Part shown: positions 1-8,643 of the stretch, in pieces
Layout: each line of letters opens with the position of its first letter
How positions within the stretch are numbered: position 1 is the stretch's first letter
Source: an uncultured delta proteobacterium
GTDB taxonomy: Bacteria > Desulfobacterota > Binatia > HRBIN30 > BPIQ01
Assembly (NCBI GenBank): GCA_963761335.1
Contig: CAVXGR010000011.1
Location: 256,001-320,000, forward strand
Length of the DNA stretch: 64,000 bases
Direction of reading: 5' to 3'
Translations under genes and position numbers: made by a program
The notes under the pieces: generated by a model
Seen by the model: only the letters and a program-made list of their open reading frames with translations
What the model was told of the DNA's origin: nothing
Database searches by the model: none

Positions 1-78
1 GCCGCCGCCATCGCCGTGGTTGCCGCCGTCGCCGGGGCCTACCTGTGGATGTGGTGGCACGGCTGGACGCATCTGTGA
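1..78 (+). CDS. 3' end of a membrane protein (partial; ...AIAVVAAVAGAYLWMWWHGWTHL*)
   Basis: Open frame from base 1 to TGA at 76-78; hydrophobic helix; GC3-rich codons. Confidence 0.55.
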   Translation, partial: AAAIAVVAAVAGAYLWMWWHGWTHL

Positions 79-113
79 TCCGACCCGGGAGGGGGAGGCG
101 ACGACGTAGCCTG

Positions 114-454
114 GTTCTCATTCTCATTCCCGGTTCTCATCTCATTCGCCCCGGAGGGGCGCAGGCGTGTAGCCCCGGGTCGGAGACCCGGGGATCCCGA
201 AGTCGACGTCCGTTGGCGCCCCGCCAGGGGCGCGGGCGCGGTTTTGACACAGGCCTCTGCACGCGGGCTTGCACGCCTGCGCCCCTGGCGGGGCGCATCG
301 GGGAAGGCGGACCCGGGATCCCCGGGTCTCCGACCCGGGGCTACATGCCTGCGCCGCTTCGCGGCGCCATCCCCCAGCCCAAGTTGGGCTGACCAATCTG
401 ACGTGGCTCGCAGAACAAATGGAAAACGACGGGATGAGAACCGGGAATGAGAAC
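114..454. repeat. Composite palindromic element: outer TTCTCATTCCCGGTTCTC inverted arms enclosing a GTAG-type REP doublet (147-366)
   Basis: 121-141 is the reverse complement of ~433-453; the inner arms GTAGCCCCGGGTCGGAGACCCGGGGATCCCG are inverted copies; related copies at 18458-18610 and 36563-36830. Confidence 0.8.
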
Positions 455-465
455 TCCGCATGTAT

Positions 466-494
466 TTGACACCCCCGGCGGCCCTTGGTAGCTC
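466..494 (+). promoter_or_regulatory. Possible sigma70 promoter (TTGACA-N17-TAGCTC, TG extension)
   Basis: Perfect -35 with 17-bp spacing just upstream of the ORF at 517. Confidence 0.4.
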
Positions 495-516
495 TCGAAG
501 TTGAGGTTCAATTGCA

Positions 517-699
517 ATGCAAGAAACCGGGCTCCATCACTTTCTGACGATTCTCCTGCAACCCGACAACATTCCGATCGTGGGAATGCTGCTGCTGGTG
601 TTCTTCTTCACCTATCTCGGCTTCCGCGAGGCGCGGAAGAACGACCAGCTGATCGACGAGGGCCGCCGCGAGGAGATTCTCAAGGAGATGCAGCGCTGA
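517..699 (+). CDS. Small single-pass membrane protein (PDNIPIVGM motif)
   Basis: 60 aa with one TM helix; 16 bp upstream of the ferredoxin. Confidence 0.7.
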   Translation: MQETGLHHFLTILLQPDNIPIVGMLLLVFFFTYLGFREARKNDQLIDEGRREEILKEMQR

Positions 700-715
700 A
701 GCCGCGGAGGGACTG

Positions 716-1180
716 ATGCCGTTCACCATCGTTGCCGAGAACTGCACCGGCTGCACCGCGTGCGAGAAGCGCTGCCCGACGCGCGCCATCAGCGGCGAGC
801 CGCGCATGGTGTTCTTCATCGAGCCGTCGATGTGCATCGACTGCGGCGCCTGCGGCGTGATCTGCCCCGACGAGGCGATTCTCGACACCTATGGGAACAT
901 CACCCACGTGCTCAAGAAGTCGGAGCGGCCGATCGCCATCGTGCATCCGGACAACTGCAACGGCTGCGGCGTGTGCGTCGACGTCTGCCCCTTTGACTGC
1001 ATCTATCCGTCCGTGGAGAACGGCCCCGAGTACCTCGGCAAGGTCGATGTCAACGAGTCGAGCTGCGTCGGCTGCAAGCTCTGCGAGGAGGTCTGCGGCT
1101 GGGACGGCATCTACATCATGCCGGCGCAGGAGAAGACCCCGTTCCTGGAGTCCCTCGGCTACGAGATCGAGGCCGGCTGA
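716..1180 (+). CDS. Polyferredoxin, 4x[4Fe-4S]
   Basis: Four CxxCxxCxxxC(P/G) motifs; GGAGG RBS. Confidence 0.92.
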   Translation: MPFTIVAENCTGCTACEKRCPTRAISGEPRMVFFIEPSMCIDCGACGVICPDEAILDTYGNITHVLKKSERPIAIVHPDNCNGCGVCVDVCPFDCIYPSVENGPEYLGKVDVNESSCVGCKLCEEVCGWDGIYIMPAQEKTPFLESLGYEIEAG

Positions 1181-1197
1181 GAGCCAGCCTCGCGCCT

Positions 1198-1578
1198 TCA
1201 GCCCTTTCTCTTCTTCTCGACCGCGGCGGCCTCGCGCAGCCGCTCCATGGTGCTCGCGGTCAACAGGCCGTCCGGGTCCATGCCGTGCGCGGTCTGAAAC
1301 GCCTCCACGGCGTTGACCGTGACCGAATCCAGCTTGCCGTCGAGGTCGCCCAGATACTCGTGCAACGTCTGCAGGTACGACTGCGCCTCTTTCACGGTTT
1401 CCGCCGGGGCCTTCTGCGCCAGCGCCTCCGCCTGCGGGTCGGTCATCTGCGCCTTGATGCGCTCCGCCGCCTCCTTGGCCCGCCGCGCCGCGCCCTCGGA
1501 GGTGCAGCCCATGGCTACGGCCGAGACGATCAGTGCACCCGCGGCGCCGCGGAGGAGAAGCGAGGCGGACGATCTCAT
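1198..1578 (-). CDS. Lipoprotein with peptidoglycan-binding domain
   Basis: Lipobox-like AMGC; '[27 protein letters not shown]' PG-binding signature; ATGA overlap with the hisG stop. Confidence 0.8.
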   Translation of the reverse strand: MRSSASLLLRGAAGALIVSAVAMGCTSEGAARRAKEAAERIKAQMTDPQAEALAQKAPAETVKEAQSYLQTLHEYLGDLDGKLDSVTVNAVEAFQTAHGMDPDGLLTASTMERLREAAAVEKKRKG

Positions 1579-2453
1579 ATGACCTTGTTGAGCGGGTACT
1601 CGATGATGCCCACCGCTCCCGCCTTGATCAGCTGCGGAATCAGCTCGCGCACGACCTTCTCCTCGATGACGCTCTCGATGGCGAACCAGTCGGTGCCGTA
1701 GAGGGTGGAGACCGTCGGCGAGGTGATGCTGGGCAGCATATCGATGACCGTGTCGAGGTTCTGCTTGGCGACGTTCATCTTGATGCCGACCTTGGCCTCC
1801 GCCTGCATGGCGCCGCTCAGAAGGAGATTGATCTGCTCGATCTTCTCGCGTTTCCACGGGTCCGCCCAGGCGGCGTGGTTGGCGATCAGCTGCGGGTTCG
1901 ACTGGCAGAGCTCGTGAATGATGCGCAGGCCGTTGGCGCGGAGGGTGCTCCCGGTCTCGGTCACCTCGACGATGGCGTCGACCAGCCCTTCGACCGCCTT
2001 GGCCTCGGTGGCTCCCCAGGAGAACTCGACCTCGACCTCGACGTTGCGTTCGGCGAAGTAGCGTTTCGTGAAGTTGACCATCTCGGTGGCGATCTTCTTG
2101 CCCCGCAGGTCCTCGAGCACGCGCAGCGGCGAGTCGCCGGGAACCACCAGCACCCAGCGGGTCGGGCGCATGCTCGCCTTGGAGTAGATGAAGTCGGCGA
2201 CCACGTGGATGTCCGACTGGTTCTCCAGGGTCCAGTCCTTGCCGGTGACGCCGGCGTCGAGCGTGCCGTTCTCGACGTAGCGCGACATCTCCTGCGGCCG
2301 CGCCAGGGCACAGCGCAAGCTGTCGTCGTCGACGCTCGGGAAGTAGCTGCGTTCGCTGGTGGCGATCTTCCAGCCCGACTTGCGGAACAGCTCGATGGTG
2401 GCGGCCTCGAGGCTGCCCTTGGGTATGCCGATTTTCAGTACCTTGCGTTCCAT
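1575..2453 (-). CDS. hisG: ATP phosphoribosyltransferase (long form)
   Basis: [28 protein letters not shown] motifs plus C-terminal regulatory domain. Confidence 0.97.
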   Translation of the reverse strand: MERKVLKIGIPKGSLEAATIELFRKSGWKIATSERSYFPSVDDDSLRCALARPQEMSRYVENGTLDAGVTGKDWTLENQSDIHVVADFIYSKASMRPTRWVLVVPGDSPLRVLEDLRGKKIATEMVNFTKRYFAERNVEVEVEFSWGATEAKAVEGLVDAIVEVTETGSTLRANGLRIIHELCQSNPQLIANHAAWADPWKREKIEQINLLLSGAMQAEAKVGIKMNVAKQNLDTVIDMLPSITSPTVSTLYGTDWFAIESVIEEKVVRELIPQLIKAGAVGIIEYPLNKVI

Positions 2454-2492
2454 GGAATGACACCGACGGCGCCCGGCGTGCCGGGACTCAAC

Positions 2493-2882
2493 TCACTTCT
2501 TGGCGTACAGCTTGTCCGGGTCGACGACGCGCTCGGCCGTGGTCGTCCAGCCCGAGCCGTCCACCCGGCGAAAGAAGCAGCTCTTGTAACCCTCGTGACA
2601 CGCGGCCCCGCCGTGCTGATGCACCTTGAGAAGGACGGCGTCGGCGTCGCAGTCGACGCGAATCTCGACGACCTCCTGGGTGTTCCCCGAGGTCTCGCCC
2701 TTCACCCACAGCTCGTTTCGCGACGTGCTCCAGTAGGTAGCGACGCGCTTTGCCAGCGTATGCTCCCAGGCCTGCCGGTTCATGTAGGCCACCATCAGGA
2801 TCTCACCGCTGTCGGCATCCTGCGCGATGGCGGTCACCAGACCGCCGCGCTTCTGGAAGTCAGGCTCCTGCGTCGGCTCCAT
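2493..2882 (-). CDS. hisI: Phosphoribosyl-AMP cyclohydrolase
   Basis: [23 protein letters not shown] motifs. Confidence 0.96.
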   Translation of the reverse strand: MEPTQEPDFQKRGGLVTAIAQDADSGEILMVAYMNRQAWEHTLAKRVATYWSTSRNELWVKGETSGNTQEVVEIRVDCDADAVLLKVHQHGGAACHEGYKSCFFRRVDGSGWTTTAERVVDPDKLYAKK

Positions 2883-2930
2883 CCGCTGCGGTTAGCACAC
2901 GGGTTTTTCCCGCGCAACGCGGAGAGGCGT

Positions 2931-2972
2931 GGGGAGGGGTGTTGGGGTGTTGACACCCCAACACCCCTCCCC
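2931..2972. repeat. Perfect 19-bp inverted repeat with TTGA loop between the divergent hisI and lpxD genes
   Basis: GGGGAGGGGTGTTGGGGTG-ttga-CACCCCAACACCCCTCCCC. Confidence 0.85.
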
Positions 2973-3017
2973 TCCTCTCCTTGATCGACCGCCGCGAGCG
3001 GAGTAGGTGCCACACAC

Positions 3018-4049
3018 ATGCGTCTGGACGAGCTGGCGGCGCGGATCGGTGCGCAGGTGGAGGGCGACGGCAGCGTCGAGGTGCGCGGCGTGGCGACTCT
3101 CGATGCGGCCGGCGAGGGGGATCTGACCTTCCTCTCCAACCCGCGCTACGGCGCCAAGGTCGGAACCACGCGGGCGTCGGCGGTGCTGTTGCCGCCGTCC
3201 TACGCAGGACCTCTCCGCGTCCCGGCACTGCGGGCCGCCGACACCTACGCCGCCCTCGCCCGCATCCTGGCCATCTTCCACCCGCCGGCGCCGCGGCGGC
3301 CCGGGATTCACCCCACCGCCGTGATCGACGCCAGCGCCGCGCTCGGCGAGAGCCCCGCCGTCGGCCCATACGCGGTGATCGGAGCGCGTACGCGAATCGG
3401 AGCGCGCGCCGACATCGGCGCCCACGTGACCATTGGCGCGGACACCGCCATCGGCGACGACTTCACGGCGCACGCCCATGCGTCGGTACGCGAGCGCGTG
3501 CAGATCGGCGACCGGGTCACCCTGCAGGACGGCGCGGTCGTCGGCAGCGACGGCTTCGGCTACGCGATCGACGCGGCGGGACAGGCGGAGAAGATGCCGC
3601 AGGCGGGAACCGTCGTCCTCGAGGACGACGTCGAGATCGGCGCCCACAGCACCATCGATCGCGCCACCGTCGGCGCCACCCGCATCGGCCGTGGCGCCAA
3701 GATCGACAACCTGGTGCATGTCGCCCACGGCTGCGACGTCGGCGAGGGCTGCTTCCTGGCGGCGCAGGTGGGACTCGCCGGGAGCACGCGGCTCGGCCGC
3801 TACGTCCAGCTCGGCGGCCAGGTCGGGGTCGCCGGCCATCTGGAGATCGGCGACATGGCCCGCGTCGCCGCCAAGTCGGGTGTCCCCAACGACGTTCCCC
3901 GCGGCGCCACCGTCGGCGGCTATCCCGCCGTCGAGGTCACCGTGTGGCGCCGCGTCTCCGCCGCCCTCCCCCGCCTCCCCGAGCTGCTGCGCCGCGTCCG
4001 CCGCCTGGAGAAGGCGGCCGCCCGGGAAGGAGAAGAGGATGTAAAATGA
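3018..4049 (+). CDS. lpxD: UDP-3-O-acylglucosamine N-acyltransferase
   Basis: Hexapeptide repeats; GSDGFG, IDRAT, KIDNLVHVAH motifs. Confidence 0.96.
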   Translation: MRLDELAARIGAQVEGDGSVEVRGVATLDAAGEGDLTFLSNPRYGAKVGTTRASAVLLPPSYAGPLRVPALRAADTYAALARILAIFHPPAPRRPGIHPTAVIDASAALGESPAVGPYAVIGARTRIGARADIGAHVTIGADTAIGDDFTAHAHASVRERVQIGDRVTLQDGAVVGSDGFGYAIDAAGQAEKMPQAGTVVLEDDVEIGAHSTIDRATVGATRIGRGAKIDNLVHVAHGCDVGEGCFLAAQVGLAGSTRLGRYVQLGGQVGVAGHLEIGDMARVAAKSGVPNDVPRGATVGGYPAVEVTVWRRVSAALPRLPELLRRVRRLEKAAAREGEEDVK

Positions 4050-4151
4050 AAAACCGGTGACCGGGGACGTAAAACCGGCCAACCGAGCCGAGCTGGACAA
4101 CCACCGTTCACCGGGTCTCAATCCCCGGTCACCGGCTCTCCATTTTACATT
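4039..4151. repeat. Inverted-repeat element (ATGTAAAATGAAAAACCGGTGACCGGGGA...TCCCCGGTCACCGGCTCTCCATTTTACAT)
   Basis: Imperfect ~29-bp terminal inverted repeats; the left arm recurs at ~16397-16423. Confidence 0.75.
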
Positions 4152-4203
4152 CTCTTTGTTCTGCATCCCCAGACGAGGCACCCCGCGCGCCCCCATCTCC
4201 ACC

Positions 4204-4232
4204 TTGACTTTGTCCCCCGGCCTCCATAACCT
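4204..4232 (+). promoter_or_regulatory. Sigma70 promoter for the yceD-rpmF-fab operon (TTGACT-N17-TAACCT)
   Basis: Near-consensus hexamers with 17-bp spacing, ~22 bp before the GTG start. Confidence 0.6.
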
Positions 4233-4254
4233 CCCTTCACTTTGGAACAACGCC

Positions 4255-4785
4255 GTGAAAATCAACGTTCACGAGATCGAGGCGGATGCCAAGGAGCTGG
4301 CCTACGAGGAGCCCACTGACGCCCTGAACCCCCTCCTCGACCGGGGCGCGGTCCGCGACTTCGAGTTCGTCGCCCCCGTCGATGTGCGCGTCACCTACTA
4401 CCGTGCCGGCCAGGAGCTGTTCTTCAGCGGCAGCTTGCGCGGGCCGGTGGTCGGTCACTGCGCGCGCTGCCTGGATGACTTCGTCCTCGACATGAATCGC
4501 AGCTTCAATTTCGTCCTCGTCCCCTACAGCGAGGAAGGCGAGCAAACCGGCCTCAACGAGGACGATCTCGAGCTGAGCGTCTACCGCGGCGACGAGGTGG
4601 ACCTCTCCGGGCTGCTGCGCGAGCAGATCCTGCTCGCCCTGCCCACGCGCCCCTTGTGCGCCGAGGACTGCCAGGGCCTCTGCCCGCAGTGCGGCGCCAA
4701 CCGCAACAAAGGGACCTGCCGGTGCCCCGCCCCGGAAGGTGACCCTCGCCTCGCCGTGCTGCGAGGCCTGAAAGTCGGCCACTGA
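4255..4785 (+). CDS. yceD: DUF177/YceD family protein
   Basis: CARCL and LCAEDCQGLCPQCGANRN...DPRLA motifs; upstream of rpmF; GTG start preferred over the track start at 4057. Confidence 0.92.
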   Translation: MKINVHEIEADAKELAYEEPTDALNPLLDRGAVRDFEFVAPVDVRVTYYRAGQELFFSGSLRGPVVGHCARCLDDFVLDMNRSFNFVLVPYSEEGEQTGLNEDDLELSVYRGDEVDLSGLLREQILLALPTRPLCAEDCQGLCPQCGANRNKGTCRCPAPEGDPRLAVLRGLKVGH

Positions 4786-4850
4786 TCAACGCACTGGAGA
4801 CCACGCGGAGCGTCCGGCCGGCTGGTCCGGCGTCCGGGAAGGAGTAATCG

Positions 4851-5030
4851 ATGGCAGTCCCCAAGAGGAAGACCTCTCACTCGAAGCGCAACAAGCGCCG
4901 CTCGCACGACAGCATCGCCGCACCCAACGTGATCAGCTGTCCCGACTGCGGTGAGCCGGTGATGCGCCACCGCGCCTGCATCCGCTGCGGCAACTACCGC
5001 GGCCGCAAGATGTTCGAGGTCGTCGAGTAG
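4851..5030 (+). CDS. rpmF: 50S ribosomal protein L32 (zinc-ribbon form); absent from the ORF track
   Basis: Manual translation MAVPKRKTSHSKRNKRRSH...CPDCG...HRACIRCGNYRGR; AAGGAG RBS. Confidence 0.97.
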   Translation: MAVPKRKTSHSKRNKRRSHDSIAAPNVISCPDCGEPVMRHRACIRCGNYRGRKMFEVVE

Positions 5031-5049
5031 ACATCCATCGGCGCAGCCC

Positions 5050-5982
5050 ATGGCAGAGCCGCTCGCTTTTCTGTTTCCCGGCCAGGGATCCCAGGTTGTC
5101 GGCATGGGCCGGAAGCTGGCGGAGCGGTTCGCGCGCGCCCGGAAGACCTTCGCCGAGGCGGACGACGCCCTCGGCACGGCGATCTCCCGGCTGTGCTTCG
5201 AGGGACCGAGCGAGGCCCTGGCGTTGACCGAGAACACCCAGCCGGCGCTGCTCACCTGCAGCACGGCCGTGGCGCGCGTGCTCACCGGCGAGCTTGGCCT
5301 GCAACCCACCTGGGCCGCCGGCCACAGCCTGGGCGAGTTCTCCGCCCTGGTCGCCGCCGGATCTCTCGCCTTCCCCGACGCCCTGCGCCTGGTGCGCGAG
5401 CGCGGACGGGCCATGCAGGAGGCGGTCCCCGTCGGCCGCGGCAGCATGGCCGCCGTCCTCGGCGCCGGAGCCGACGTCGTTCTCTCCGCCTGCCGCGATG
5501 CGGCGCAGGACGAGGTGGTGTCCGCCGCCAACCTGAACGGGCCCGGGCAGGTCGTGATCGCCGGCCACGCGGCCGCCGTGGAACGCGCCGGCAAGCTGGC
5601 GCGCGAGCGCGGCGCCCGGCGCGTGACGCCGCTCCCCGTGAGCGCCCCGTTCCACTGCGCCCTCATGGAGCCGGCAGCCCGCCGCCTCGAAGCGGCGCTT
5701 GCCAGCGTCTCCATCGCGCCCCCGGCGATCCCGGTGATCTCCAACGTCGAGGCGCGCCCCTACTCCGGCCCCGAGGAGATCCGCGCTCTGCTGGTGCGCC
5801 AGGTGGTCAGCCCGGTGCGCTGGCATGATTCGGTGCTGGAGCTGGCCCGGCTCGGTTGCCGGCACGCTCTCGAGGTCGGCCCCGGCAAGGTGCTGAGCGG
5901 ACTGGTGAAGCGCATCGCCCCCGAGATCGAGTGCCTCCCGGCCGAGAACCCCGAAGAGCTGCGGCCGGCGCTCGCCAGCTGA
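5050..5982 (+). CDS. fabD: Malonyl-CoA:ACP transacylase
   Basis: FPGQGSQ, GHSLGE, VSAPFH motifs. Confidence 0.96.
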   Translation: MAEPLAFLFPGQGSQVVGMGRKLAERFARARKTFAEADDALGTAISRLCFEGPSEALALTENTQPALLTCSTAVARVLTGELGLQPTWAAGHSLGEFSALVAAGSLAFPDALRLVRERGRAMQEAVPVGRGSMAAVLGAGADVVLSACRDAAQDEVVSAANLNGPGQVVIAGHAAAVERAGKLARERGARRVTPLPVSAPFHCALMEPAARRLEAALASVSIAPPAIPVISNVEARPYSGPEEIRALLVRQVVSPVRWHDSVLELARLGCRHALEVGPGKVLSGLVKRIAPEIECLPAENPEELRPALAS

Positions 5983-5996
5983 AGAGACAGACGCCG

Positions 5997-6746
5997 ATGA
6001 GCAGCCTCGAGGGCCAGGTCGCCCTGGTCACCGGTGCGTCGCGCGGCATCGGCCGTGCCATCGCCGTGGCGCTCGCCCGCGAGGGCGCCGCCGAGGTGGT
6101 GATCAACTACGTGGCCAATGAAGGAGCAGCCGAGGAGACCGCCGCGGCGGTGCGCGACGCCGGGGCCGGGGCCTCGACGCTGCGCTTCGACGTCGCCGAT
6201 GCCACCGCCGCCGAGACCGCCATCAAGGACCTCGCCGGCCGCCGCGGGCGCCTCGACATCCTCGTCAACAACGCCGGCTGGACGGCGGACAACTTGGTGC
6301 TGCGCCAGAAGGAGGACGAGTGGAACCGCGTCCTCGCCGTCAACCTCGGAGGCATGTTCCATTGCACCAAGGCGGCCGCCCGCATCATGCTGCGCGCCCA
6401 CTATGGTCGCATCGTCAACCTCAGCTCGGTGATCGGCGAGATGGGCAACGCCGGCCAGGGCGCCTATGCTGCCGCCAAGGCCGGGGCCATCGGCTTCACC
6501 AAGTCCATGGCCCGTGAGCTCGCCTCGCGCTCGATCACGGTCAACGCCGTCACCCCCGGCTTCATCGACACCGACATGGTCCACAGCCTGCCGGAGAACG
6601 CCCGGGCACAGTACGTCGCCCTGATCCCGTTGCAGCGCCTGGGCACCGTCGAGGAGGTGGCGAACGCCGTGACCTTTCTCGCATGCCCACAATCTGGTTA
6701 TATCACCGGCCACGTTCTGGCAGTGAACGGCGGCCTCTACATGTAG
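5997..6746 (+). CDS. fabG: 3-oxoacyl-ACP reductase
   Basis: [17 protein letters not shown] motifs; lies between fabD and acpP. Confidence 0.95.
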   Translation: MSSLEGQVALVTGASRGIGRAIAVALAREGAAEVVINYVANEGAAEETAAAVRDAGAGASTLRFDVADATAAETAIKDLAGRRGRLDILVNNAGWTADNLVLRQKEDEWNRVLAVNLGGMFHCTKAAARIMLRAHYGRIVNLSSVIGEMGNAGQGAYAAAKAGAIGFTKSMARELASRSITVNAVTPGFIDTDMVHSLPENARAQYVALIPLQRLGTVEEVANAVTFLACPQSGYITGHVLAVNGGLYM

Positions 6747-6762
6747 GTCGAAGGGAGGGAGC

Positions 6763-7008
6763 ATGGGTTCCGAAGTCGAAGGCAAGGTACGCGAGATCAT
6801 CTGCGAGCAGCTCGGAGTCGGCGAGGACGAGGTTACCCCAGACGCCTCGTTCATCGAGGATCTCGGCGCCGACTCACTCGACATCGTCGAGCTGGTGATG
6901 GCGCTCGAGGAAGAGTACGACATGGAGATCTCGGATGAGGACGCGGAGAAGATCCGCACCGTCCAGGACGTGGTGAGCTACATCGACTCCCACAAACCTG
7001 CCGCTTGA
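6763..7008 (+). CDS. acpP: Acyl carrier protein
   Basis: [14 protein letters not shown] motif. Confidence 0.97.
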   Translation: MGSEVEGKVREIICEQLGVGEDEVTPDASFIEDLGADSLDIVELVMALEEEYDMEISDEDAEKIRTVQDVVSYIDSHKPAA

Positions 7009-7012
7009 TCGC

Positions 7013-7510
7013 GTGAAGTGCCCCTTCTGTAGCGACCTCGACAACCGCGTCGTCGACTCGCGTCTGACGCAGGACAACGACGTGATCCGGCGGCGGCGCG
7101 AGTGCGGCCGCTGCAAGCGCCGCTTCACCACCTACGAGCGCGTCGAGGAGGTGCTGCCGATGGTGGTGAAGAAGGACGGCCGGCGCGAGGTCTTCGACCG
7201 CATGAAGATCGTCGCCGGCCTGCGCCGCGCCTGCGAGAAGCGGCCGATCAGCATCGACACCATCGAGCAGCTGACGGAAGCGGTCGAGCGCGGCCTGCAG
7301 GAGCGCGGCGAGAAGGAGATCCCCAGCTCCGCGATCGGCGAGATGGTGATGCGCGAGCTGCACAAGCTCGACAAGGTCGCCTACGTCCGCTTCGCCTCCG
7401 TGTATCGATCCTTCAAGGACGTCGGCGAGTTCATGCGCGAGCTCGAGGATCTGATCAAAGAGCGGCGCAAGCAGCCGCCGCGGGCGCGGCGCCGCCAGCC
7501 GCAGGCCTGA
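7013..7510 (+). CDS. nrdR: Transcriptional repressor NrdR
   Basis: CPFC...RRRREC..C.RFTTYE zinc ribbon plus ATP-cone; AYVRFASVY. Confidence 0.97.
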   Translation: MKCPFCSDLDNRVVDSRLTQDNDVIRRRRECGRCKRRFTTYERVEEVLPMVVKKDGRREVFDRMKIVAGLRRACEKRPISIDTIEQLTEAVERGLQERGEKEIPSSAIGEMVMRELHKLDKVAYVRFASVYRSFKDVGEFMRELEDLIKERRKQPPRARRRQPQA

Positions 7511-7525
7511 GAGATCGGGGCGGCC

Positions 7526-8635
7526 ATGCCCGACGACGCCGCCTACATGCGCGAGGCGCTGCGCCTGGGGCGCCGGGGCCTTGGGCGCGTCAGCCCCAAC
7601 CCGCCGGTTGGTGCCGTGGTGGTGCGCGGCGGCCGGATCGTCGGCCGCGGTTTCCACCGCCGGGCGGGCGGCCCGCACGCGGAGGTCGAAGCCCTGGGCC
7701 AGGCAGGAGCAGCGGCGCGCGGCGCCACGCTCTACGTCACGCTCGAGCCCTGCGCCCACTTCGGGCGGACGCCGCCGTGCACCGACGCCGTCCGCGCATC
7801 CGGCATCGCCCGCCTGGTCTTCGGCTGCCGCGACCCCAACCCACGCGTTGCCGGCGGCGGCGCCGGCAAGCTGGCGCGCGCCGGCCTGCAGGTGCAAGGG
7901 GGCGTCCTCGCCGCCGAGTGCGGCGAGCTGATCGGCGCCTTTCGCAAGGCGATCCTCACCGGGGTGCCCTGGGTGAGCCTCAAGCTGGCGGCCTCTCTGG
8001 ACGGACGCATCGCCACTGCGGACGGCGATTCGCGCTGGGTGACCGGCGAGGCGGCGAGGCGTCTGACGCACCGCTGGCGCGACACGCACGACGCCGTGCT
8101 GGTGGGCGCCGAGACCGTGCGCCGCGACGATCCGGCACTCACCTGCCGTGTGCGCGGCGGTCGCGACCCGCTGCGCGTCGTGCTCGACGGCCGCCTGCGC
8201 CTGCCAGCGGACGCCCAGCTGCTTTCTCCGGCGGCTGCCGGCGGCACGGTGATCATCACCGGGCACTCCGCCCCGGAGGCGCGGGCGCGACGGCTGCGGC
8301 AGCGCGGCGCCACGGTGCTGCGGCTGGCCGACCGCGACGGCCGCGTCTCCATGCGCGCCGCGCTGCGCGCCCTCGCCCGCCGCGGCGTGAGCTCGGTGCT
8401 GGTCGAGGGTGGCGGCGAGGTCGCCGCCGCCACCCTGCGCGAGCGTCTCGTCGATCGCCTCTTCCTCTTCTACGCGCCCAAGCTGGTAGGCGCCGAGGGG
8501 CGGCCGATGGTCGGTCCTCTGCGGGTGACGCGCATGGCTGCGGCGCCGCGCCTCGAGGTTCTCGGCAGCCGCTGGATCGGCGGCGATCTCCTCATCGAGG
8601 CCCGGCCCTTTCCCGGCGCTTCTCAGCGCGTATAA
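7526..8635 (+). CDS. ribD: Riboflavin biosynthesis deaminase/reductase
   Basis: PNPPVG, HAE, LEPC..TPPC, SLDG and VEGGG motifs. Confidence 0.96.
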   Translation: MPDDAAYMREALRLGRRGLGRVSPNPPVGAVVVRGGRIVGRGFHRRAGGPHAEVEALGQAGAAARGATLYVTLEPCAHFGRTPPCTDAVRASGIARLVFGCRDPNPRVAGGGAGKLARAGLQVQGGVLAAECGELIGAFRKAILTGVPWVSLKLAASLDGRIATADGDSRWVTGEAARRLTHRWRDTHDAVLVGAETVRRDDPALTCRVRGGRDPLRVVLDGRLRLPADAQLLSPAAAGGTVIITGHSAPEARARRLRQRGATVLRLADRDGRVSMRAALRALARRGVSSVLVEGGGEVAAATLRERLVDRLFLFYAPKLVGAEGRPMVGPLRVTRMAAAPRLEVLGSRWIGGDLLIEARPFPGASQRV

Positions 8636-8643
8636 TCCCGCCC

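Noticed and set aside
39..469. Short ORFs over the repeat elements (also 16097-16497, 31058-31366, 36310-36855)
   Set aside because: Translations of palindromic repeat DNA with no coding signal
7511..7525. FMN riboswitch ahead of the rib genes
   Set aside because: Only 15 bp separate nrdR and ribD, leaving no room
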